64,000 bases of DNA from Longimicrobiales bacterium (GTDB lineage: Bacteria > Gemmatimonadota > Gemmatimonadetes > Longimicrobiales > Gaopeijiaceae): the NCBI GenBank assembly GCA_965198065.1, contig CBDAON010000004.1, forward strand, positions 1,184,001 to 1,248,000, read 5' to 3'. Below, piece by piece: positions 11,001 to 20,193 of the stretch. A program made the translations under genes and the position numbers. The number at the start of each line of letters is the position of its first letter. The first letter of the stretch is position 1. The notes under the pieces are model-generated. The model was not told the DNA's origin. It ran no database searches and saw nothing but the letters and a program-made list of their open reading frames with translations.

Positions 11001-11856
11001 ATGATACCCCGACTCTCGTATACCTTCGCGTGCATCGAGCGCCTAGACCACCGGGAGTGGGTGGAGGGGATGACGATCGTCTCTCACGGAACGCGGGTCG
11101 GCATCCGCACTGACACGCCCGGGCTCCTCGAGCGGGCCCAGGAGATCCTTCCACCCGGTTGGGCGCCGTCCAGCGTGACGAAGGTGAGGCGGCTCTACTC
11201 GCTCCTGGTCGGGAAGGGGCTCCGCCCCGGCGACCGACGGTTCCACCTCCTCTACATGAACGCGTTCCTGCTCGCGCGATCGCCCGACCTGGATGACGTT
11301 CTCCACCGCCTCGAGTCCGACGTCCAGCTCTACGTCGCGGAGCGAGCGAGGGGGAAGGTGTTCGTGCACGCGAGGGTCGTGGCGTGGAATGGTAAGGCCA
11401 TCCTCCTCCCCGGCCGGACGTTTTCCGGGAAGACCACGCTCGTCGCCGGGCTTCTCAGGGCGGGGGCGACGTACTACTTCGGATGAGTACGCCGTCCTGG
11501 ACTCGAAGGGCCGCGTTCACCCGTTTCCGAAGCCGCTCAGCGTTCGGGACGGCTCGGAGGGCGGCCGACCGACCCGGTATTCGCCCGCAGAGCTCGGCGC
11601 CGCGACCGGGAAGCGTCCGATCCCCGTGGGCCTCGTGGCCATGACACGTTACCGGCCCGGCGGGGCGTGGCGGCCGCGCCGAATGAGCGGGGGGCGGGCG
11701 GTCCTGGCCCTCCTCGAGAACACGGTGCCCGCGAGGCGGCGTCCGAAGGCCGCGTTCGAGGCCCTTCAGCGAGTCGTCTCCCAGGCCCCGGTCCTCCGGG
11801 GTCCGCGTGGCGAGGCGGGGGAAACCGTCGAGGTCCTGCTCGATCGGTTGGCATGA
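11001..11856 (+). CDS. HPr-kinase-related P-loop kinase; frameshift near 11479
   Basis: FVHA.VVAWNGKAILLPGRTFSGKTT (Walker A) in one frame, then SDEYAVLD..GRVHPFPKPL in the next frame; extra T in tactacttcggat. Confidence 0.75.
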
Positions 11857-12778
11857 CCACCCGGCCGCTCGAGCGGGGCGAGGCGATCGCTCGAGCTCTG
11901 GAGGGCTCGTGGCGGCGCGACCCGGCGCCCCTCTCGGTCCCGATCGACGAGCTCAGGGACATCGTGCCGGTGCTCCTCAGGACCGGGGCCGGCGCGCTCG
12001 CGTGGCATCGGCTCCGCCGCTCGGAGATCCACTACACCACCCCCGGGCGCGCGCTCCGCGACGCCTACCGGGTGCACGCGCTTGAGGCCAGGCGCCAGTC
12101 GCTCCGGCTGGGGGAGGCCGTCGGGCGTCTGGCCGAGGTGGGGGTCGAGCCACTCGTCGCGAAGGGGTGGGCGGTTGCGCGCTGGTACCCGGAGCCCGGC
12201 CTCAGACCCTATGGGGATCACGACCTCTCTTCGTGGAGCAGGAGCAGTACCAGGTCGCCTACCGATCGCTCAGCGGGCCCGCGGGCGGGCGACACCAGGT
12301 GGACCTTCACGCAGGCCCCCCCGAGGGAAGAACGGACTGGCGGGAGGTGTGGGGCCGCTCGGTCCGCCTGGAGGTGGAGGGCGTGGGCGTTCGGACCCTG
12401 GGCGCGGAGGATCACCTGCGGCTCCTCTGCCTCCATTTCCTCCGGCACGGCGGGTGGCGGCCGCTCTGGCTCTGCAACATCGGGGCCGTGATGGAGTCGC
12501 GCCCTCCCGACTTCGATTGGGACCTCTTTTTCGAGGGGTCCGCGCGAGACGCAGGAGCCTGCGCATCGGCCATTCTTCTCGCCCGACGGATCCTCGGGGC
12601 GGACCTGACCGGAACGCCCCTCGAGGCCAAGGCCGACGACCGGCCCCGGCTCCCCCTCCAGGTCGTAGACGCTGCGTCTCGCCTCGTCCGCTTCGCCCTC
12701 TCGGTTCCCTTGGCCCTGGGCCGGCGCGTGAGGCGGCACCTCGCCCCGGAAAGTGCGCGCGAAGCCTGGGGGCGCTGA
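11853..12778 (+). CDS. Nucleotidyltransferase family protein (NTP_transf_5-like); frameshift near 12228
   Basis: ATGA overlap with the kinase; KGWAVARWYPEPGLRPYGDHDL, then VDLH...EDHLRLLCLHFLRHG.WRPLWL in the shifted frame. Confidence 0.75.
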
Positions 12779-12815
12779 TCCCGCTCCGCCTGCCTCCTAC
12801 GCCTCTCCTCCTCTT

Positions 12816-13929
12816 CTACGCCCTCTTTCGCCTGACGGTCGCCCGGTCCGTTCGGGCCCCGAGCTCGATCAGGAGCACGGAACGGTCGGCGGTGGAAAGC
12901 CCTTCCCGGAAGGACTCCTCGAGGGCTTCCAGAACGGGGGCTCCCTGCTCTGCCAGGCGGTGCGCCGCGAACATCGCGAACGTCATGTCCGGGCCTCCGA
13001 AGGGCGGGATCTTCGCCCGCTTGAGGCTCGGAAGCCGCAGTGGCGCGGGGTCCGAGGCGAGGAGGCGGAGCGCGCTGGAGCCGGCCTCGAACGAGCTGTA
13101 CACCGCGCGGACATCGGGGCTCGTTCGCGCGAGGCTCCACCGGTGGCGGACCATCTCGTCCCCCAGCACCAGCGCCTTCGAGATCGCGGGCTCGCCGAGG
13201 TGGAGCATGTCCAGCCGGAGCGAGGGGCCGACGGCGTGCAAGAGATCGTCGATTGCATCGGGCGCGCCGGGCCGCGCCGCCGGCCGGAGCCCGAACAGGC
13301 CGAGGGCGCGGCGGACAAACTCGTTCAGCTCGGTGGGATCGTCGAGCTGATCCTCGAGGGTCGCTCTGAACGAGCGACGTCCGTATCCCCTCCGCGCACG
13401 CCGAGCAGAACCGCTCCTCCCGCTGGGAGACGGCTCGAGCGCGGTCGCCCCGCCGAAGCCGGAACGCGGGAACGCGGTCATCGAACGCCTCATCCACTAG
13501 CCGGCTCTCCTCGATGGCGTCCATAATCTTCTCGTGCGTCCCCTCGACGTCTCCGGGCCGCGCCGGAAGCACGAGCCGGAGCGGGCAGAGGAAGTGGGGC
13601 CGGACCGTGACCGTGTGGCCGATCCGACCGAGTCGATTGAAGGGGAAGAGGGAGCACACGCCCGGCTTTAGGGCCCGTCCGTGCTCGACCTCGATCCCGC
13701 ACAGGTTGTCGTCTCGAAGGAAGTGGCAGCCGGTCGGCGAGGTCGTGAACTCCACGACGCTCCCCCGACGCAGCATGGCCATGCCCCCCAACGCGGGATA
13801 GATCTGGAGGAGTTGCCCCATCTCGCGCTGGAGGCTCCCTCCCATGCCGTAACCCTTACAGCAGAGGGCCGTGCACTCAGCGCAGAGATAGTGGAGGACT
13901 CCGTCCGGGAAGGCGAGGTAGACTGACAT
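12816..13929 (-). CDS. YkgJ/CxxCxxCC cysteine-cluster protein; frameshift near 13380
   Basis: CAECTALCC, GCHFL..DNLCGI, KPGVCSLFPF; the C-terminal half reads in ORF 12816..13493. Confidence 0.7.
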
Positions 13930-14088
13930 GGGGCTCGACGCTCCTCTTTCGACCCGACGCGGGGTCGTGGGCCTCGCGGAGGTCTTAACGGAGCCGAGTC
14001 CGATCGCGCCAGTGGAGCGCCTCCGGGGGCCTCGGCGTGGGGGCCGAAAGGACCCGGGCGGCGCCCCCTTCGAGCGCCTGCCTTCAGC

Positions 14089-14117
14089 TTGACCGGTTGT
14101 CGGCGCAACGGCATCTT
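14089..14117 (+). promoter_or_regulatory. Putative sigma70 promoter
   Basis: TTGACC-17 bp-CATCTT, about 90 bp upstream of the ATG at 14204. Confidence 0.35.
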
Positions 14118-14203
14118 TCGATCAAGTGGCCGTCGACTGTCGTCTGTCCGTACCTCGTGAGCGGAGCGGGGACGGGCATTTGCACATCTGAGGGGAGGGA
14201 CGG

Positions 14204-15556
14204 ATGCGACGACTCGGATTCGGGCGCACTGCCCGACGGAACCTCCAGGCGGGGGCGTTCCTGCTGGCATTCGTGGGGCTGCTCGCGCACGCGAACGAAG
14301 GGGTCGCGCTCCAGCAAGCCGACGGCGAGGAGGTGACGTACGCCAAGGATGTGGCACTCATCCTCCAGGAGAACTGTCAGGTCTGCCACCGGTCCGGCTC
14401 GATCGGCCCGATGTCGCTCATGACCTACGAGGAGGTCCGCCCCTGGGCGCCCCTCATTCGCGAACGGGTGCTGAACCAAGACATGCCACCCTACCAGTAC
14501 GACACGGACGTCGGCATCCAGGATCTGAAGTACGATCCGCGCCTCGACGAAGAGGACATCCGGACCGTCGTGGCGTGGGTGGATCGGGGTGCACCCATGG
14601 GGGATCTGGCCGACCTGCCCCCCCCGCGGGAGTGGCCCGACCCCGCCGAGTTCCGCCTGGCCGAGAGGTTCGGACCGCCCGATGTCGTCGTCCGGTCGGA
14701 GCCGTACGACGTGCCTGCCGCCGGACAGGACCGGTGGTGGCAACCCACCGTCGCGTCCGGCGTCGAGACGGACCGATGCATCAAGGCGATCGAGACGAAG
14801 CCCTCGGTCGCCGGGCGGGCGTCCACGCATCACGCCAACTCGACCCTCCTGGTACCCGGCGGCAGCCGGTTCGGCACGCGTCTGTCCGAGTACGCGATGG
14901 GGAAGATCGGCGAGATCATCCCGGAGGGCTCGTGCCGCACGCTGCCCGCGAACGCGCAGGTGAGCTGGGACATCCACTACTTCCCGAACGGCGCGCCCTC
15001 TGCCGGCGATCAGGTGGAGATCGGGATCTGGTTCTATCCGGAGGACTACCAGGGCGCGTATCGGCAGACCCTGACGCTGTACTTCCTGAACGGGGGAACC
15101 GGTGGCCGCGGCTACGACATTCCCCCGGGCGGCACCCTCATGACTCAGGGGTTCCAGTCGTTCAGCACGCCGGTCCGGATCGACAGCTGGCAGCCGCACG
15201 GACACACTCGTTTGGTCGCCATGTCCCTTCAGATCCTCCGCGCGACCGGCCGTATGGAAATGGTGAGCATGGTCTCGAACTGGAGCGCGTTCTGGCACCA
15301 CAGCCACATGTACGGCGACGACTCGGCGCCGCTCCTGCGCCCGGGCGATCAACTGGTGCTCACAGCGTGGTACGACAACTCGACCAACAACCGCTACAAC
15401 CCGGACGCCGATCAATGGGTGAGCATCGGGGATCGGACGGCTGACGAGATGTCGCACGCATGGGTAGCCGTGACGCATCTGGATCAGGAGGGGTTCGACC
15501 GCATCGAAGCCGAGCGACAAGAGAAGGCGCGGCTGGCGAGCGACGCCGATCGGTGA
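14204..15556 (+). CDS. Secreted cytochrome c fused to a copper type II (PHM-like) monooxygenase domain
   Basis: Signal peptide; CQVCH heme motif with MPP axial Met; HH (THHAN), H (DIHY), HxH (PHGH) and DEM match the CuH/CuM ligand pattern. Confidence 0.8.
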   Translation: MRRLGFGRTARRNLQAGAFLLAFVGLLAHANEGVALQQADGEEVTYAKDVALILQENCQVCHRSGSIGPMSLMTYEEVRPWAPLIRERVLNQDMPPYQYDTDVGIQDLKYDPRLDEEDIRTVVAWVDRGAPMGDLADLPPPREWPDPAEFRLAERFGPPDVVVRSEPYDVPAAGQDRWWQPTVASGVETDRCIKAIETKPSVAGRASTHHANSTLLVPGGSRFGTRLSEYAMGKIGEIIPEGSCRTLPANAQVSWDIHYFPNGAPSAGDQVEIGIWFYPEDYQGAYRQTLTLYFLNGGTGGRGYDIPPGGTLMTQGFQSFSTPVRIDSWQPHGHTRLVAMSLQILRATGRMEMVSMVSNWSAFWHHSHMYGDDSAPLLRPGDQLVLTAWYDNSTNNRYNPDADQWVSIGDRTADEMSHAWVAVTHLDQEGFDRIEAERQEKARLASDADR

Positions 15557-16578
15557 CGGGCGGCGCGGCTCCCTCGGGGTCCCTCGCGAACCACGCGAGG
15601 AAGCGCTCCATGCTTAGAACGTGCGTGGCCCTGGGAGGCCTCGCCCTCGCAGTCTTGAGCGCGAGCGTCCAGCCGGCACTCGCCCAGAACGTTCGGGACT
15701 TCCCCCTGGCGCCCACCAGCACCAGCGGAAACTTCGTGGCCCCGTACTTCGACGGATTCTACCAGAATCCGGACAGCACGTGGACCCTCTCGTTCGGGTT
15801 CGTGAATCGCAACGACGAGTCCCTGATCGAGATCCCTCTGGGACCGAACAATTACATGGAGCCGGCCGAGTTCGACGGAATGCAGGCGACGACGTTCCCC
15901 GTCGTGTTCTACGGCGGGTTCGGGGGGCCCCGGGAACGGGGCGTCTTCGCGGTGGTCGTTCCCAAGGACTTCCTGGGCGACGTCTGGTGGCACCTGACGA
16001 GCCCGAACGGCTACACGACGAAAGTCCCGGGCCGGCTCGTTTCGCCCGGCGCCGTCATCCGTGGGGCCTACGAGCTCAGTACGGGACCGCAGGCGGCGGG
16101 CTCGATGAGGCCCACCGTGCGGTTTTCGCCCGACGGAGAGATGGGGCTGGGGCCCCTCGGGATCGTGCACCCAGAAACGTTCGGGACCACCGTCGGCCAG
16201 CCGATCACGGTCACGGCGTGGGTCGAGGACCGGGGGGAGCGGGAGCTCCGCGCCGTGAGGGTGTCGCTCTGGAAGCACCAGGGACCGGTCGGGGCCGAGA
16301 TCCGCTTCGCGTTTCTGGTACCGCGGGCGCCGCCCGAGGGAGGCGTAGGTGGGGACGCAGCACCGCCGCAGGCCCCGACCCCCGTGGCGGTGGGGCAGTC
16401 TGTGCGCATTCCCGCAGAGGGAGAGGAGGCGAACCAGGCCACGTTCACGGCGACGTTCGACGCACCCGGGGAGTACGTGATCCGAGTCCGGGTCGACAAC
16501 TTCGGCGGGGGTGACAGCCTCCCGGGGAACATGTGCTGCTGGTCGAACGGCTACGTGAGGATCGTCGTGACCGAGTAG
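15553..16578 (+). CDS. Uncharacterised secreted protein coupled to the cytochrome c/monooxygenase gene
   Basis: GTGA overlap (alternative ATG 15610); signal peptide ending ALAQ; SFGFVNRN, PGEYVIRVRV, CCWSNG. Confidence 0.8.
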   Translation: MTGGAAPSGSLANHARKRSMLRTCVALGGLALAVLSASVQPALAQNVRDFPLAPTSTSGNFVAPYFDGFYQNPDSTWTLSFGFVNRNDESLIEIPLGPNNYMEPAEFDGMQATTFPVVFYGGFGGPRERGVFAVVVPKDFLGDVWWHLTSPNGYTTKVPGRLVSPGAVIRGAYELSTGPQAAGSMRPTVRFSPDGEMGLGPLGIVHPETFGTTVGQPITVTAWVEDRGERELRAVRVSLWKHQGPVGAEIRFAFLVPRAPPEGGVGGDAAPPQAPTPVAVGQSVRIPAEGEEANQATFTATFDAPGEYVIRVRVDNFGGGDSLPGNMCCWSNGYVRIVVTE

Positions 16579-16776
16579 CCCGAGTCGCGTCGAGCGGCTC
16601 GAAAGCGAATGGCCGGGAATCCCCGACGATCTCGTCGTGGGTTGGAGGGCTTGACATAGCCGAACGTTCACGGCCACTCTAGGCTTTACCCGGGCCTCTA
16701 CCCGGCCTTCGCCCCAGAGCCCGCCCAGATGCACGCGACGTGCTCGACAATCGGCAGAGCCCTCCGGAGGTAGCGC

Positions 16777-17268
16777 ATGCGAGCGTTCACGCTCAGGGTC
16801 AACGGGGAATCGCACACGTTCGACCTGGATCCCGCCACACCCCTTCTCTACATCCTGAGGAACGACCTGAGGCTCAGGGGTCCCAGGTTCGGGTGCGGAC
16901 TCGGACAGTGCGGGGCGTGTACGGTGCTCGTAGATGGCACGCCCGTGCGTTCCTGCATCACTCCCGCGTCGGCTGCGGAGGGTGAGATCACGACGCTGGA
17001 GGGGCTCTCCCGGGACGGCGAGCTCCACCCCGTTCAGCAGGCCTGGATCGACGAGCAGGTGCCGCAGTGCGGCTACTGCCAGAACGGCCAGATCATGACG
17101 GCCAAGGCCCTCCTGGACCGGAGTTCGAATCCCACGGACGCCGAGCTTCGGCAGGGAATGAACGGCGTGATCTGCCGATGCATGACCTACTACCGGATCC
17201 AGGCGGCGGTCCGGCGCGCTGCGGACACGATGGCGGCCTCGGCATCGGCCGCCGGGAACGGGAGGTAG
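16777..17268 (+). CDS. 2x[2Fe-2S] small subunit of a xanthine-oxidase-family enzyme (IorA/CoxS-like)
   Basis: FGCGLGQCGACTV, QCGYCQNG, CRC; RBS GGAGG. Confidence 0.93.
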   Translation: MRAFTLRVNGESHTFDLDPATPLLYILRNDLRLRGPRFGCGLGQCGACTVLVDGTPVRSCITPASAAEGEITTLEGLSRDGELHPVQQAWIDEQVPQCGYCQNGQIMTAKALLDRSSNPTDAELRQGMNGVICRCMTYYRIQAAVRRAADTMAASASAAGNGR

Positions 17269-17272
17269 CCCC

Positions 17273-19669
17273 ATGAGACACCTCACCGATCTCCCCAAGG
17301 ATCTCCGCACGGCCCTTGAACAGTGGGATGGGACGACCTCCCGAAGGGAGTTCCTCCGGCGCTCCGGGCTGTTCGTGATGGGCCTCCACGGCGCCAGGAT
17401 GGTGGGCGTCGCTCCGTTCCTCGCCGGGCCACGGTCCGCAGAAGCGGCCACACGGGCCCAGGGGCCGTACCCCGACGTCGATTTCCGCCTCCTCGATTCC
17501 TGGCTCGTGGTGCGCGAGGACGGTACGGCAACCTTCTTCGTCGGGAAGACGGACGGAGGCCAGGGCACCGGAACCGCGATTCGCCAGATGATGGCGGACG
17601 AGCTCGACATCGCCTATGACGACACGACGCTCGTCATGGGCCGCACCGACGTCACGGTCGACCAGGGTGGCTCGGGCGGCTCGGACGCGATCGAGCGAGA
17701 CGCCTTGCCCGCGCGTCGGGTGGCCGCGGAGGCCCGCCGGGCCCTCCTGGAGATGGCGTCGGAGCGCTTCGGCGTGCCCACGCCCGAGTTGGCCGTGAGC
17801 GAGGGCGTGATCACGGTGAGGCGGGACCCGTCCAGGCGTGTCACGTACGGGGAGCTCGTCGGCGGGCGACGCTTCGACGTCACGCTCACAGGAGAGAACG
17901 TGAACGCGACCACCGGCGTGGCTGACGTGAAGCGGGTACAGGACCTCAGGATCGTCGGCCAATCCGTCCCCCGGTACGACATCCCGCCCAAGGTGGACGG
18001 CTCGCTCGAGTGGGCCGTGGACGCGAGGGTGCCGGGCATGGTCCACGCCCGAAACGTGAGGCCGCCTGTGGTGGGCGCGAGGCTCGTCAGGATCGATGAA
18101 TCGTCGGTCCGGGACGTGCCGGGATTCATCCAGGTGGTGAGCCGGGGAAACTACGTCGCCGTGATCTGCGAGCGGGAAGAGCAGGCGATCGAAGCGTCCC
18201 GCCGGCTCCAGGTGCAGTGGGAGCCCCCTTCTACGGCGCCGTTCCCGTCGTCGGAAGACCTGTTCCGCTACCTGCGCGAAGCGAGCCCGGTGTCGGCTCC
18301 CGAACCCCGGGTGGAAGGGGATCCCGACCGGGCCCTGTCCACGGCGGCGACGGTCGTGGAAGCCGAGTACGACTTCCCGTTCCAGGGGCACACGGCCATC
18401 GGACCCGCGCACGCGATGGCCGATCCGTCCGACGGGCAGATGACCATCTACTCCAACGACATGAAGTCGTACAGCCTGAGGACGGGAGTCGCAGAGTTTC
18501 TCGGAATGGAGCGGGAGCAGGTCCGGGTCCTCTGGACGGAGGGCCCGCAGCTCTACGGTCGCACGGCCGCGGACGACGCGGGGTTCGAGGCCGCGTTCCT
18601 CGCCAGGGAAATCGGCCGCCCCGTGCGAGTCCAGTGGATGAGGCACGAGGAGACCGCGTGGGACACGAAGGGGCCCGCGTTCGCCTTCAGGCTCCGCGGG
18701 GGCCTGGACGCCGCCGGCAACGTCGTGGCGCTGGACTATCGGGCCCGGGTGGCCGGCTACGCCCACGTCGGGTACAACCAGCCGGACACGGTCCTCATCG
18801 CCCAGCTCATGGGGATCCGGCCGGAACGGCCGTCCAGCACCGGCGGGTCGGGGCCGCAGGAGTCGTACGCCGTTCCCAACCGGCGCGCCGAGACCGGGCT
18901 CGTTCGCTTCCCCCAGGCGTTCGAGACGCCGCTTCGCACTGGGAACCTGCGCGACCCGAACGGGCCCCAGATCCATTTCGCGACGGAATCGTTCATCGAC
19001 GAGCTGGCTCATGCCGCGAACGCCGACCCGGTGGAGTTCCGGCTCCGGCTCCTTCGCGGGAGCTCCGAGGACGACGGGGCCTTCATGCGGGCGCGCTCCA
19101 TCGCGGTCGTCGAGGCGGCGGCCCAGGCGTACGGTTGGGACGCGCGTCCGTCACCGCGACCGATGCGGACGGGCGGCACCCTCACCGGACGGGGCATCGC
19201 GTACGCGGGCCGCGGCCGCACCACGGTCGCCGTGATTGCCGAGGTCGAGGTGGATCGCGCGAGCGGTCAGGTGTGGACGCGGCGCATGGTCTGCGCCCAC
19301 GACTGCGGCCTGGTGATCAATCCCAACGGGCTCGAGAGCGCGGTTCAGGGGAACCTGCTCCACGGTCTGAGCCGCGCGCTGTACGAGGAAGTTCGATTCG
19401 ACACCGAAAAGGTGACGAGCGTGGACTGGGCCACGCATCCCACGCTCCGGCACCGGGATGCGCCCGAGAGTATCGATGTCGTGATCGTGAACGGGGAGCC
19501 GAACCCCGACCGGCCCGACCTCGCCCCGTACGGGGCGGGCGAGCCCTCCATTCGGCCGGTGGTGGCCGCGGTCGCGAACGCGATGTACGACGCGACGGGC
19601 GTGCGCCTCCGGCGGGTGCCGTTCCGGGCCGAGCGCGTGCTCGAGGCCCTGGACGCGGCCGGCGTGTAG
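17273..19669 (+). CDS. Molybdopterin-binding large subunit (IorB-like), Tat-exported
   Basis: SRREFLRRSG Tat motif, GKTDGGQG, QMMADEL, AHDCGLVINP, GAGEP, DATGVRLRRVPF. Confidence 0.92.
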   Translation: MRHLTDLPKDLRTALEQWDGTTSRREFLRRSGLFVMGLHGARMVGVAPFLAGPRSAEAATRAQGPYPDVDFRLLDSWLVVREDGTATFFVGKTDGGQGTGTAIRQMMADELDIAYDDTTLVMGRTDVTVDQGGSGGSDAIERDALPARRVAAEARRALLEMASERFGVPTPELAVSEGVITVRRDPSRRVTYGELVGGRRFDVTLTGENVNATTGVADVKRVQDLRIVGQSVPRYDIPPKVDGSLEWAVDARVPGMVHARNVRPPVVGARLVRIDESSVRDVPGFIQVVSRGNYVAVICEREEQAIEASRRLQVQWEPPSTAPFPSSEDLFRYLREASPVSAPEPRVEGDPDRALSTAATVVEAEYDFPFQGHTAIGPAHAMADPSDGQMTIYSNDMKSYSLRTGVAEFLGMEREQVRVLWTEGPQLYGRTAADDAGFEAAFLAREIGRPVRVQWMRHEETAWDTKGPAFAFRLRGGLDAAGNVVALDYRARVAGYAHVGYNQPDTVLIAQLMGIRPERPSSTGGSGPQESYAVPNRRAETGLVRFPQAFETPLRTGNLRDPNGPQIHFATESFIDELAHAANADPVEFRLRLLRGSSEDDGAFMRARSIAVVEAAAQAYGWDARPSPRPMRTGGTLTGRGIAYAGRGRTTVAVIAEVEVDRASGQVWTRRMVCAHDCGLVINPNGLESAVQGNLLHGLSRALYEEVRFDTEKVTSVDWATHPTLRHRDAPESIDVVIVNGEPNPDRPDLAPYGAGEPSIRPVVAAVANAMYDATGVRLRRVPFRAERVLEALDAAGV

Positions 19670-19670
19670 G

Positions 19671-20150
19671 CTCGCCGATCCCACCCGGATCACCGCGCAG
19701 ATCGTCACCGGCATCGGATTCCTGGGCGCCGGAACAATTATCCAATCCAAGGGCACGGTCACTGGGCTTACCTCGGCCGCCACCCTTTGGGTCGTGGCAG
19801 CTATCGGGATAGCCGCTGGCGCTGGGGCCTATTTTGCGGCGATCGGTGGAGCGGCTCTGGTTCTGACGGTCCTCCTGCCTCTTGGGCAGATCGAGTTTCA
19901 ACTGGCCCGCGTCCGAATGGAGCGAACCGTTCTCATCGAACTCCAGGAAACAGAGGGTCTGATAGAGCGGATTCAGTCCCTGCTAGAGCTGGCGGGGCTG
20001 CGCGGTCAGATCGAGGGCCTGGAGCAGGGTCCGGAAGAGGGCCACCTCAGGATCCGGATGCAGATCCGAGGAAAAGAGGGACTCTTCAAGAAGGCGTGCG
20101 TCCACCTTCTGAGTCTTCCAGAAGTCCATTCCATCTCCCTCCAGAAATGA
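19671..20150 (+). pseudogene. 5'-truncated MgtC/SapB family gene
   Basis: LADPTRITAQIVTGIGFLGAGTIIQSKGTVTGLTSAATLWVVAAIG starts 2 bp after the upstream stop; N-terminal helices and a proper start are missing. Confidence 0.85.
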
Positions 20151-20193
20151 GGACGGGGCACGCTCTACCCTACGTCGGTCGCTCGCTGTGGCG

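Noticed and set aside
9661..14203. Lasso or other RiPP precursor near the kinase/nucleotidyltransferase
   Set aside because: No short ORF with a convincing leader (YxxP, T at -2) was found, and no cyclase or protease gene.
15484..19012. Long minus-strand ORFs 15484..17610 and 17093..19012
   Set aside because: They oppose well-supported plus-strand genes and have no motifs.
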